64,000 nt of DNA from an uncultured Thermoanaerobaculia bacterium (GTDB lineage: Bacteria > Acidobacteriota > Thermoanaerobaculia > Multivoradales > JAGPDF01): positions 13,935-77,934 of the forward strand of contig CAZPYU010000008.1 in NCBI GenBank assembly GCA_964590905.1, in the 5' to 3' direction. Shown piece by piece: positions 48,761-57,333 of the stretch. How positions within the stretch are numbered: the first letter of the stretch is position 1; every line of letters begins with the position of its first letter. The notes beneath the pieces were generated by a model that had not been told where the DNA came from, made no database searches, and saw only the letters and a list, made by a program, of their open reading frames with translations. Both the position numbers and the translations under genes were made by a program.

Positions 48761-49717
48761 ATGTCGACAGCCGAACTCCCTGCCGCCCACCATCGCCTGA
48801 TCGTTTTGGGCTCCGGGCCGGCGGGGCTCACCGCCGCGCTCTACGCGGCGCGCGCCGGCCTCGAGCCGCTCGTCCTGGAGGGGTTGCAGCCCGGCGGACA
48901 GCTCACCATTACGACGGACGTCGAGAACTACCCTGGCTTCGCGCAGGGGATTCTCGGACCCGAGTTGATCGAGCAGATGCGGGAGCAAGCCCGCCGCTTC
49001 GGCGCGCGAGTTCGCTTCGAGACCGTAGTACGTGCCGAGCTCGCGGTCTCACCGTTCCGTGTCACCAACGACGAAGGCAAGCTGTACTCTTGCGACGCCC
49101 TCATCATCGCCTCCGGGGCGAGCGCCAAGCTGCTCAACCTTCCTTCCGAGACGCAGCTCATGGGCTACGGAGTATCGGCTTGCGCGACCTGCGACGGCTT
49201 CTTCTTCAAGGGCAAGAACATCGCCGTCGTCGGCGGCGGCGATTCGGCGCTGGAGGAGGCGACTTACCTGACTCGGTTTGCGACCAAGGTCACGCTGATC
49301 CATCGCCGCCACGAGCTGCGCGCCTCGAAGATCATGCAGGAGCGGGCGTTCAAGAACTCCAAGATCGAGTTCCTCTGGAACCGCGAGGTCACCGAAGTGC
49401 TCGGGGAGCGCGAGGGCGGCGTCCGCGCCCTCATCCTCCGCGACACCGAAACGGGCAGCGCCAGCGAATTCGCGACGCAGGGGCTCTTCGTCGCCATCGG
49501 ACACGAACCGAACACGGCGATCTTCCGCGGCCAGCTGCCGATGAACCGCGCCGGCTATCTCGAAGTGCAGGAGCCATCGACGCGGACTGTAGTCTCCGGT
49601 GTCTTCGCCGCCGGCGATGTCGCCGACCCGCACTACCGTCAGGCGGTGACCGCGGCCGGCATGGGGTGCAAGGCGGCGATCGACGCCGAGCGCTGGCTCG
49701 AAGAGAGCTCCGCGTGA
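48761..49717 (+). CDS. trxB: thioredoxin-disulfide reductase
   Basis: FAD motif GSGPAGLTAALYAAR, redox CATC motif, NADPH motif GGGDSALEEA. Confidence 0.9.
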   Translation: MSTAELPAAHHRLIVLGSGPAGLTAALYAARAGLEPLVLEGLQPGGQLTITTDVENYPGFAQGILGPELIEQMREQARRFGARVRFETVVRAELAVSPFRVTNDEGKLYSCDALIIASGASAKLLNLPSETQLMGYGVSACATCDGFFFKGKNIAVVGGGDSALEEATYLTRFATKVTLIHRRHELRASKIMQERAFKNSKIEFLWNREVTEVLGEREGGVRALILRDTETGSASEFATQGLFVAIGHEPNTAIFRGQLPMNRAGYLEVQEPSTRTVVSGVFAAGDVADPHYRQAVTAAGMGCKAAIDAERWLEESSA

Positions 49718-51207
49718 AAGCGCGCGCGCGAACCCTCGGCGAGCTGCGCCGCTCCGGCTACCGACCGATCCCGGTCCGGCGCGAGATCCGACGCAACCTC
49801 GAGGTGAAGCTGCGGGCGAAGGAGAATCTCTTTCCAGGCGTGCTCGGTTACGAGCGGACGGTGATTCCGGCGGTTGTCAACGCCCTCCTCGCCGGGCACG
49901 ATCTCATCCTGCTCGGCCTGCGCGGACAGGCGAAGAGCCGGATTCTGCGCGGGCTCACCGGCCTCTTGGACGCCGAAGTGCCAGTCCTCGCCGGCAGCGA
50001 GATCAACGACGACCCCCTGGCTCCGACCTCGATCTGGGCGGAGAGGCTGCTCGCCAGCGCCGGCGAGGACGCGCCGGTCGACTGGTTGCCGCGCGAGGCG
50101 CGCTACAACGAGAAGCTGGCGACGCCCGACGTCTCGATCGCCGATCTCCTGGGCGACATCGATCCGATCAAGGCGGCGACCCGCAAGCTCACCTACGCCG
50201 ATCCCGAGGTGATTCATTTCGGGATCATCCCGCGCACCAACCGCGGCATCTTCGCGATCAACGAGCTCCCCGACCTGGCGCCACGGATCCAGGTCGGGCT
50301 GCTCAACCTACTCGAAGAGCGCGACCTGCAGATTCGCGGCTTTCCGGTGCGGCTGGCCCTCGACATCTTGTTCGTCTTCTCGGCTAACCCGGAGGACTAC
50401 ACCCACCGCGGCTCGATCATCACTCCGCTCAAAGACCGGATCGCGTCGCAGATCCTGACCCACTACCCGCCTTCGCCCGAGCTGGCGGCGAAGATCACCG
50501 CCCAGGAGGCGTGGCTCGAGCGCGACGGCGCACCGATCGCGATCCCCGACGCCGTGCGCCTGCTGATCGAAGAGATCGTCGTCGCCGCCCGTGAAAGCGA
50601 GCTCGTCGACCAGTCCTCGGGTGTCTCGGCGCGCGTGGCGATCGCGGCGATCGAGCTGCTGATGTCCAACCTCGAACGCCGGCGACTGCTGACTGGAGAC
50701 GATCCGGTTCATCCTCGGATCTGCGATCTGCCATTGCTCGCGCCCGCCATCACCGGGAAGCTGGAGATGGTCTACGAGGGCGAGCAGCAGGGCGCCGAGG
50801 TCGTGGTGCGGAAGCTGGTCGGCGCCGCGGTCATCAAGACGTTTCAGCGCCGCTTTCCCGAAATCAGCCGCGAAGCTGGCCCAACGGGTGAGAGCGACGG
50901 TGGGCCGTACGCGCCGATCCTGGCCTGGTTCGCGGCGGGGGGTGAGATCACTCTCGCCGACGAGATGCCGTTCGCCGACTACGCGGCCGAGCTGGCCCGC
51001 GTCCCGAGCCTGATGGAGATGGTGGCGCGCCTCGGCAGCACGCACGAGGAGCGCGCCTTCTGGGCCGAGCTCGTCCTCGAAGGGCTGCACCAGAGCGTCA
51101 AGCTGGCTCGTCACGACCTCGACAGCGCCATCTCCTACAAGGAGCTGCTCAAGTTCCAGCTGCTCAAGCCGCAGCGCCGCGAGCGGCGCCCGAGCGACGT
51201 TCATTGA
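49714..51207 (+). CDS. ChlI/BchI-like (Mg-chelatase family) AAA+ ATPase with atypical Walker A/B
   Basis: GTG start overlapping trxB stop; GLRGQAKS in Walker A position (GxxGxAKS), FAINE in Walker B position (NE instead of DE), ChlI-like sensor region RGFPVRLALDILFVFSANPEDY; about 200-aa C-terminal extension. Confidence 0.7.
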   Translation: MKARARTLGELRRSGYRPIPVRREIRRNLEVKLRAKENLFPGVLGYERTVIPAVVNALLAGHDLILLGLRGQAKSRILRGLTGLLDAEVPVLAGSEINDDPLAPTSIWAERLLASAGEDAPVDWLPREARYNEKLATPDVSIADLLGDIDPIKAATRKLTYADPEVIHFGIIPRTNRGIFAINELPDLAPRIQVGLLNLLEERDLQIRGFPVRLALDILFVFSANPEDYTHRGSIITPLKDRIASQILTHYPPSPELAAKITAQEAWLERDGAPIAIPDAVRLLIEEIVVAARESELVDQSSGVSARVAIAAIELLMSNLERRRLLTGDDPVHPRICDLPLLAPAITGKLEMVYEGEQQGAEVVVRKLVGAAVIKTFQRRFPEISREAGPTGESDGGPYAPILAWFAAGGEITLADEMPFADYAAELARVPSLMEMVARLGSTHEERAFWAELVLEGLHQSVKLARHDLDSAISYKELLKFQLLKPQRRERRPSDVH

Positions 51208-51228
51208 GGCGCAGCCGCGAGGCCGTTC

Positions 51229-52317
51229 GTGCGTCACCGCTACCTGCATCTCGATCCCGAACTGCTGCGCCAGATCTTGGCCGGCATCGGTCTGATGCGG
51301 CTCTGGAATCAGCTCCTCCTCAGCTCGGGAGGCGACCCCGAGCGGGCCAAGAGTTGGCTGCGCTTTCTGCAGGAGCAGGGCTACATCGGTGCGGCCGTCG
51401 ATCTCGACCGCTTCTTCGCGGAGCTCGAGGAGCAGGGGCTGGTCGAGCGCGACGGGAGCGGCGCGATGATCCTCTCGGGGAGCGGTGAACGGCGGATCCG
51501 CAAGAGCGCTTTCGAGGCGATCTTCGCCAACTTGGAGAAGGGCACCGCCGGATTCCACGCCGCCCGCGCTTCCGGCGACGGCAGCGAGCCGCTGCCCGAG
51601 ACGCGGCCCTACCAGTTCGGCGACGAGATCTCGCACATCGACTCGGTGCGCTCGCTCGCCAACGCTCTCAAGCGCACCCACGGCGAGCTCGAGCTGACCG
51701 AACAGGACCTCGAGACCCACGAAACCGAGCATCTGACCTCGTGCGCGACCGTCGTGGCGATCGACATCTCGCACTCGATGGTCCTCTACGGCGAGGACCG
51801 GATCACGCCGGCCAAAACCGTCGCCCTGGCGCTCACCGAGCTGATCACCACCAAGTACCCCAAAGATTTTCTCGGCGTCCTCCAGTTCGGCGACCGCGCC
51901 GAGCAGATTCCAATTTCGCAGATCCCGTACATCGAGGCCGGCCCCTTCCACACCAACACTCGGGAGGCGCTGCAGCTCGGCCGCGGAATCCTGGAGCGCC
52001 GCAGGCAGCCCAACCGCCAGATCTTCCTGGTTACCGACGGCAAGCCGTCGGCGATCACCGAAGGCGACCGGGTCTACAAGAACCCGATGGGGCTCGACCT
52101 GCGGATCGTCAACAAGACCCTGGAAGAGGCCGATCTCTGCCGCCGCCAGCGCATCGTCATCACCACGTTCATGATCGCCACCGACCCCTGGCTTCAGGAA
52201 TTCGTCGAGAAGCTCACCCAGGTCAACCGCGGCCGCGCCTACTTCGCCTCACCCGACAACCTCGGCGAGTTCATCCTCGCCGACTACATCAGGAACCGCC
52301 GGCAGCGCGTACGCTGA
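51229..52317 (+). CDS. von Willebrand factor type A (VWA) domain protein with MIDAS motif
   Basis: DISHSM (DxSxS), downstream Thr and LVTDGKPS MIDAS elements; about 170-aa N-terminal helical region; 21 nt downstream of the ATPase. Confidence 0.75.
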   Translation: MRHRYLHLDPELLRQILAGIGLMRLWNQLLLSSGGDPERAKSWLRFLQEQGYIGAAVDLDRFFAELEEQGLVERDGSGAMILSGSGERRIRKSAFEAIFANLEKGTAGFHAARASGDGSEPLPETRPYQFGDEISHIDSVRSLANALKRTHGELELTEQDLETHETEHLTSCATVVAIDISHSMVLYGEDRITPAKTVALALTELITTKYPKDFLGVLQFGDRAEQIPISQIPYIEAGPFHTNTREALQLGRGILERRRQPNRQIFLVTDGKPSAITEGDRVYKNPMGLDLRIVNKTLEEADLCRRQRIVITTFMIATDPWLQEFVEKLTQVNRGRAYFASPDNLGEFILADYIRNRRQRVR

Positions 52318-52362
52318 GTCGCCCGTCGCCGAGCTGCCCGGCGTCAGACCACGCGGCGCCGC

Positions 52363-53010
52363 CTAGAGGTCGGCAGCGGGTTCGATCCCGAACGGCCGCA
52401 GCCGTTCCCGAGAGACCCTGAGATACCAGCGCCACCAGCGCGGACGCCGACTGCTCACGTTGCCGCCATGGACGACTTGCAGAAGGTAAGCCGGTCGCAG
52501 GAAGGTGACCTTGTAGTGGTGCTCTAGAACCTTGTGATCGTGGGCGTAAGGATTCAGGCCGGGGCGAAACGCGGCAAGCGGTGACGGCTCACGGCGGGAG
52601 TAAGCGTAGAGGGCGCCGCGCGCCTGGTCGAGTCGGAGAAACCGCCGCGTGCAGTAGACCTCGAAGCCTAGAGGAGCTTCCTCCAGCGCCGCGAACCAGT
52701 CCGCGTGCAGCGCGTCGTCCGAATCGAGCCTGGTCACCAGCTCGTCCGGCCCGCCGGCCCAGCCGCCGTGCCAGCTATCTTGAACGACGGTTCGAACCCA
52801 CGTTAGGTCGTCGAGCCGACCCGAGACGAGCTCGACGCTCTCGGTCGAGCAGAGCAGCACGACAGGCACGCCGAGCCGCTCCACGCTGGGAACGAAGTAG
52901 CGGCGAAAGAGGTCGAGGCGACCGGCGAGCCAAGCGCGGTCGTCGTGTCGGCTCGCGGTCGCGGTCTCCAGCCGCGGCACCGAAAAGCGCGAAACGACGA
53001 CATGTCGCAC
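52363..53010 (-). CDS. putative glycosyltransferase (Rhamno_transf-like family, DXD motif)
   Basis: N-terminus MRHVVVSRFSVP resembles putative rhamnosyltransferase family proteins; DSDDAL DxD motif; 215 aa. Confidence 0.45.
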   Translation of the reverse strand: MRHVVVSRFSVPRLETATASRHDDRAWLAGRLDLFRRYFVPSVERLGVPVVLLCSTESVELVSGRLDDLTWVRTVVQDSWHGGWAGGPDELVTRLDSDDALHADWFAALEEAPLGFEVYCTRRFLRLDQARGALYAYSRREPSPLAAFRPGLNPYAHDHKVLEHHYKVTFLRPAYLLQVVHGGNVSSRRPRWWRWYLRVSRERLRPFGIEPAADL

Positions 53011-53014
53011 GCGC

Positions 53015-54565
53015 TCAGTTCGCCTCGGGTCCGATCCGTTGCGTCCCGACCTTGCGCCCCTCGATGCGGCGGAGAAGCGTGCCGGCTTCGAGCATCGCCT
53101 CGGGGTCGTTGATGCCGTTGATCAGCGCCAGGCTCTCCGCACGCTCATCGGAGGGATGCTGGCGACAAAACTCGGCGAATGTCATCGCGCGCTGCAGCTC
53201 GATCAGCTGCAGCCGCTGCTCTCGAACCTCGATTCGGCGCCGGTCGGTGAGTCTGCCGAAGCTGGCGGCAAAGCGTTCGAGGTCGTCGCGCGTCCTGGAA
53301 AGTCCGCTCTCGAGCGAAACTCCCAGCAGCCGAAAGACCTTGCCGGAGTGCTCGACGAAGGTGGCTCGCCCGATGATCGGCTCGGCGTCGGTGCGCGCGA
53401 TGGAGAACTCCGCGTCGTACGCGCGCAGGCCACGAATCGCCGTGAACCCCGACGACCGCACCTCGATTCCTTGTTGGGAGAGGAAGTGACTGGAGGCCTC
53501 TTGGGCCGTAGGCTCCTTGGCGAGCGTCAGCTCCAACTGGGCGACCTTCTCTGGATGGAGCGCGACCACCCGGCTCTTCTCGTTGACTCCGCTCCATCCC
53601 GACGGAAACTGGAGCTCGAAGAGAAGGGTGGGGTGATAGAAGCGCAGCCCCTCGAAGTATCCCTGGCGAGGATCGGCGCCGAAGACGAGCCCGTCGGTTC
53701 GGCGCAGGAGATCCGTCGTGCCGACCTCCCCGGTGGGATAGCCGCGCTCGGCGATGAGACGCTCCGCTCGCTGGCGCCGCGCCCCGGGATCGGGGTGCGA
53801 GGCGAGCCAGTTCGGGATCCGTCCCGCGCTGCCTACCGCGCTCACCCGCTCCAGTACGGTGAACACCCTCGGCATCTCGCGCGGCTCGAACCCGCTGCCC
53901 ACGACGTAGCGCAGACCGAGGTCGTCCGCCTGCCGCTCGTCGTCGCGGCCGTACTTCAAGAAGAGGAGCCCAAGGCCGGTCTGCGCCAGCTGTCCGAACG
54001 CCTGCCCAGCCCGCGGCGAGAGAATGGTGCCGACGACCAGGCCGCCGGTCGCGAGCTGCGACTTGGACAGCTGGTTGACTCCGTGCTGAGCGGTAACGTG
54101 TCCGATCTCGTGCCCGAGGACAGCAGCCAGCTCTGCCTCGCTCTGCAGGTGGGCGAGAATCCCGCGCGTCACGTAGACGAAGCCGCCGGGGAGCGCGAAG
54201 GCGTTCACCACCGGATCGTTGACGAGCTTGAACGACCACGGCAGCCCCGGCCGCTCCGACTGAGCAGCGAGCCGCCGGCCGACCTCCGCCAGCCAAGTCT
54301 GGAGCCCCGGATCGTCAACCAACCCGAGCTCGGCCACGATCTCGCGATCGGCCCCCCTGCCGAGCTCGATCTCCTGCGCCTCGCTGTAGAAGTTGACCTG
54401 CCGCTTGCCCGTCGCTGGATTGGTCGCGCAGCTCGGGAGCAGGACAAGAAACGAAAGCCAAAAGCTCCAGAGAAGGGAAAGACGGATCGGCAGCCCGCCG
54501 TTGCGCGGAGCCCGTTCGGACTCGTGCTCCTGAAGGTTGTTCATGGCTGCGGACGATAGCTCCAT
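53015..54565 (-). CDS. M48 family zinc metallopeptidase lipoprotein with about 250-aa C-terminal extension
   Basis: Lipobox LLPSCATN, HEIGHVTAQH zinc motif, downstream Glu; BepA/YfgC-like catalytic core. Confidence 0.75.
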   Translation of the reverse strand: MELSSAAMNNLQEHESERAPRNGGLPIRLSLLWSFWLSFLVLLPSCATNPATGKRQVNFYSEAQEIELGRGADREIVAELGLVDDPGLQTWLAEVGRRLAAQSERPGLPWSFKLVNDPVVNAFALPGGFVYVTRGILAHLQSEAELAAVLGHEIGHVTAQHGVNQLSKSQLATGGLVVGTILSPRAGQAFGQLAQTGLGLLFLKYGRDDERQADDLGLRYVVGSGFEPREMPRVFTVLERVSAVGSAGRIPNWLASHPDPGARRQRAERLIAERGYPTGEVGTTDLLRRTDGLVFGADPRQGYFEGLRFYHPTLLFELQFPSGWSGVNEKSRVVALHPEKVAQLELTLAKEPTAQEASSHFLSQQGIEVRSSGFTAIRGLRAYDAEFSIARTDAEPIIGRATFVEHSGKVFRLLGVSLESGLSRTRDDLERFAASFGRLTDRRRIEVREQRLQLIELQRAMTFAEFCRQHPSDERAESLALINGINDPEAMLEAGTLLRRIEGRKVGTQRIGPEAN

Positions 54566-54645
54566 GGAGAACGACCCTCAACCAGCTGGTTCGCTAGGTC
54601 GATCCGGGGTCGCGGTCCGGTTGCCATGTCGAAATTCTCCTGCTC

Positions 54646-56115
54646 TCAATAGTTAGAGAGATTCGGGCCGTGCGTCGGTGCAGTGGAGGCAGGCGCCGAG
54701 AGCCAAACAGTCAGTACGAACGCAACGAGAACGGCGAGAGCGGGCACGATGCTGACGAATCCGCGCAGACCCAACAGCTCCCCGAGGTTGTAGGCGTCCC
54801 AGAAGTCGGCCGCGGGGGTTGTAGGACGGGAACCGCCCTCGAGCACGCTCTGCGTGGAGATGGCAACCCTTCCTTGGGCAACCTTGTTGAATGCGAAGGC
54901 GACAGGATTGGCCTGCGGCGGTGGTCCGGAGTTGGGAGCTGGGATCATTGCCGAGACCGAGGTCACGGTGAGCATGATGGCCGCCGACAGGAGCGCGAGC
55001 GAAGCGCCCAGCACGCGAGCTCGCTGCCAGACCCAGGGCCCATAAAGGAACAGAAACGGCAGCGCTGGGATGAGGTAGCGCGGGCCGATGCCCCACCCGC
55101 CGGTCCAGCCGTTGAAAGTGAGGTTGAAGAGGAGGAAATAGATGCAGACGAAGAGCGGCAAGAGACGTTGTCCGCGTAGCGTCCGCTGCCCGGCGAAGCG
55201 GACAATTCCAACTACACCCAGGAGGAGGACAGGACAGCAGTAGAACAAGCCTCGGAACGGATGGACCGACAGCCACCAGAGCCGTTCCCACTGCGGCCAG
55301 TCCAGATTCCCGAAGAGTAGGCCTGAAGAGGTGAACAGGCCGCTCTGGTTCGCGTAGCTCGTCGTCAACAACCTTCCGAAGGTAAGGAGGTTGTAAGCGG
55401 AGAGGAGCAAGATCGCGACAGTCGAGCCACAGAGGAAGAGCGCCGGAGCGTGCCAGTTACGTGCCCGCGCGGCGACCAACGCGGAGGCGCCCGCTGCGAT
55501 CGGAGCGACGAGATAGTCGGTCAGGATGCCGAGCCCGAGGAGCGCTCCGCCGAAAGCGATCGCGCCGCGCGATGGAGTGCCCGAAGCCGCCAGCAGCCAG
55601 GCGCCGAAGAGGCAGAGTGCCACCAAGTTGTGGCTCATCATCATGCCCGAATAGGGCAGGAGCAGCGTTCCGGCGCCAAACGCGGCGGCGAGGAGAGCGG
55701 CATCGCGGATCTCGACGCGCTCCCGGCGGAAGGCGACGTAGAGCAGGATGACAAGCACGGCTGCCGGCAGGCCGCTGACGAAGAACGTCGTCAGATGGGC
55801 ATTGGCGGTGACGAGCATCGGATCGCGAATGTCCGCTCCCAGCGCTCGTTCGGCGAGGAAGAGGAGAAGATAGAGGGGCGCTCCGGCGAAGGCGAGGCCT
55901 GGTGGCTTGTTCGAGAAGACGCGCTCGCCCACCCGGCTGACGTCGCCGGTGTTGGCGGCGTACGGTGTGATCTCGGGGCTCCCCGTCTCGACGAGTGCCC
56001 GCACGGTGTCGAAATGGGCGTTCTGGTTCCAGCCGCCGCCTTGGAAGAAGTAGATGTAGAGAAAGCAGAAAGTCGAAAAGAGCAGCCACTTTGCGGAATC
56101 GTCGCGCAGCCTCAC
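54646..56115 (-). CDS. GT-C fold integral membrane glycosyltransferase (ArnT/PMT-like, 10+ TM helices)
   Basis: 489 aa polytopic membrane protein with extracytoplasmic loops carrying acidic/aromatic motifs; family assignment tentative. Confidence 0.55.
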   Translation of the reverse strand: MRLRDDSAKWLLFSTFCFLYIYFFQGGGWNQNAHFDTVRALVETGSPEITPYAANTGDVSRVGERVFSNKPPGLAFAGAPLYLLLFLAERALGADIRDPMLVTANAHLTTFFVSGLPAAVLVILLYVAFRRERVEIRDAALLAAAFGAGTLLLPYSGMMMSHNLVALCLFGAWLLAASGTPSRGAIAFGGALLGLGILTDYLVAPIAAGASALVAARARNWHAPALFLCGSTVAILLLSAYNLLTFGRLLTTSYANQSGLFTSSGLLFGNLDWPQWERLWWLSVHPFRGLFYCCPVLLLGVVGIVRFAGQRTLRGQRLLPLFVCIYFLLFNLTFNGWTGGWGIGPRYLIPALPFLFLYGPWVWQRARVLGASLALLSAAIMLTVTSVSAMIPAPNSGPPPQANPVAFAFNKVAQGRVAISTQSVLEGGSRPTTPAADFWDAYNLGELLGLRGFVSIVPALAVLVAFVLTVWLSAPASTAPTHGPNLSNY

Positions 56116-56184
56116 GCGAGAAAGATAGCGGAACGCGTGATGCTCACCTTGTAGGGCTGCGTCCCCTCGTTTCGGTCGTGCTCG

Positions 56185-57333
56185 TCAGCTCGAGGCGGGC
56201 AACGCACGCAGCTGACGTGCCAGCGCGGCGACGCGCGGATTGGCGGCATCGAGCGCCTCGGCTCTGCGCAGGTAGCGCTTGGCGTCGCGCGCCCGGCCGA
56301 CCGCCAGCGCCCACTGCCCCAACGCCGCGACGGTCTCTGGATTGTCGGGCGCGAGCCGTTGGGCGCGGCGGTAGAGCCGCTCGGTCTCCTCCAGGCGCTG
56401 TTGCCGGAGCGCCAGATCGCCCAACGCCAGATAGCTCCACGGATTCCGATTCGAGCGCCGGTCGACGAGCTCGAGGAGTTCTTGCGACTCCTCGGTGCGG
56501 CCGACAAGAGCGAGGAGCGCCGAGAGGTTGTGATACGCGGAGACGATCTGCGGATCGCTCTCCAAGGCTCGCCGGTAGGCCGCCTCCGAACCGTCGAGAT
56601 CGCCGAGGCGACGTCGCGCGACGCCGAGGTTGACCCAGCCGTCGGCCAGCTCGGCGTCGATCTGTACCGCGGTCTCGAGCAGCTCCCTGGCGGGGCCGAG
56701 CTCGCCGGCTCGGATGCGCTCGGCGCCCAGGTTCGAGTAGTGCAATGCCAGCGCCGTGATGTCGGAGAGCTGCTCGACCTGGTGGTACTCGCGCACCGGC
56801 CGGTCGGCGAAGTCGAGCACCCGTCGCTCCATACCCGGACCCCAAGCGGCCGTCACGTGATCCGAGCTGACGACGAGATCGCCTTCGCGGCCGAAGCTCG
56901 AGAGGTCGCGCACGCGCAGGTAGTAAACCTCGAGCCCGACTTCGCGCGCCATGGCGATGAAGAGGTGCGAAAAAGCCAGGCAGTTCGCGCGCCCGGACTC
57001 CCACGCTTCGCGCACGCCAGCGCTGTGGCCCGGAAGGTATTTGAACGGCTTCGGATCGCGGCGCAGGATCGCGAGCAGCAGCTGTTCGAGTCGCTGCTGC
57101 GGCGTTCCGGTGCGCTGAACCCGTTCGTGCGCCCAGCTCCGCATCTCGTCGCTCATCGAGATCGGATCGGCGGCGCTTTCCGGTACCCCCCGTTCGCGCA
57201 GAGTCGCCAGCAACTGCTCTCTGGCGACCGATCCGACGCCGGCAGACTCGCAGCCTGCAAGAGAAAGCATCAGTGCCGAGGCCGAGAGAGGCCCCCAGAG
57301 CAAAGAAGCCGGCCGGTCGAGATCTCTGCTCAA
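56185..57333 (-). CDS. transglutaminase-like cysteine-protease-fold domain + TPR repeat lipoprotein
   Basis: Lipobox MLSLAGC; Cys in GRANCLAFSHLF, His in SSDHVTAAW consistent with a transglutaminase-like core; C-terminal TPR repeats; start overlaps the murJ stop (ATGA). Confidence 0.6.
   Translation of the reverse strand: MSRDLDRPASLLWGPLSASALMLSLAGCESAGVGSVAREQLLATLRERGVPESAADPISMSDEMRSWAHERVQRTGTPQQRLEQLLLAILRRDPKPFKYLPGHSAGVREAWESGRANCLAFSHLFIAMAREVGLEVYYLRVRDLSSFGREGDLVVSSDHVTAAWGPGMERRVLDFADRPVREYHQVEQLSDITALALHYSNLGAERIRAGELGPARELLETAVQIDAELADGWVNLGVARRRLGDLDGSEAAYRRALESDPQIVSAYHNLSALLALVGRTEESQELLELVDRRSNRNPWSYLALGDLALRQQRLEETERLYRRAQRLAPDNPETVAALGQWALAVGRARDAKRYLRRAEALDAANPRVAALARQLRALPASS

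Noticed and set aside
48217-51207. 996-aa plus-strand ORF spanning the ferritin (antisense), trxB and ATPase regions
   Set aside because: This is a stop-free run in GC-rich DNA. The trxB region is read in the wrong frame, and only the part from the GTG at 49714 onwards shows homology (ChlI-like ATPase). The true genes are ferritin (minus), trxB and the ATPase.
50308-51951. 547-aa minus-strand ORF antisense to the ATPase/VWA genes
   Set aside because: No recognisable domain and a low-complexity Arg/Ala/Gly-rich translation. It lies exactly antisense to two well-supported conserved genes.
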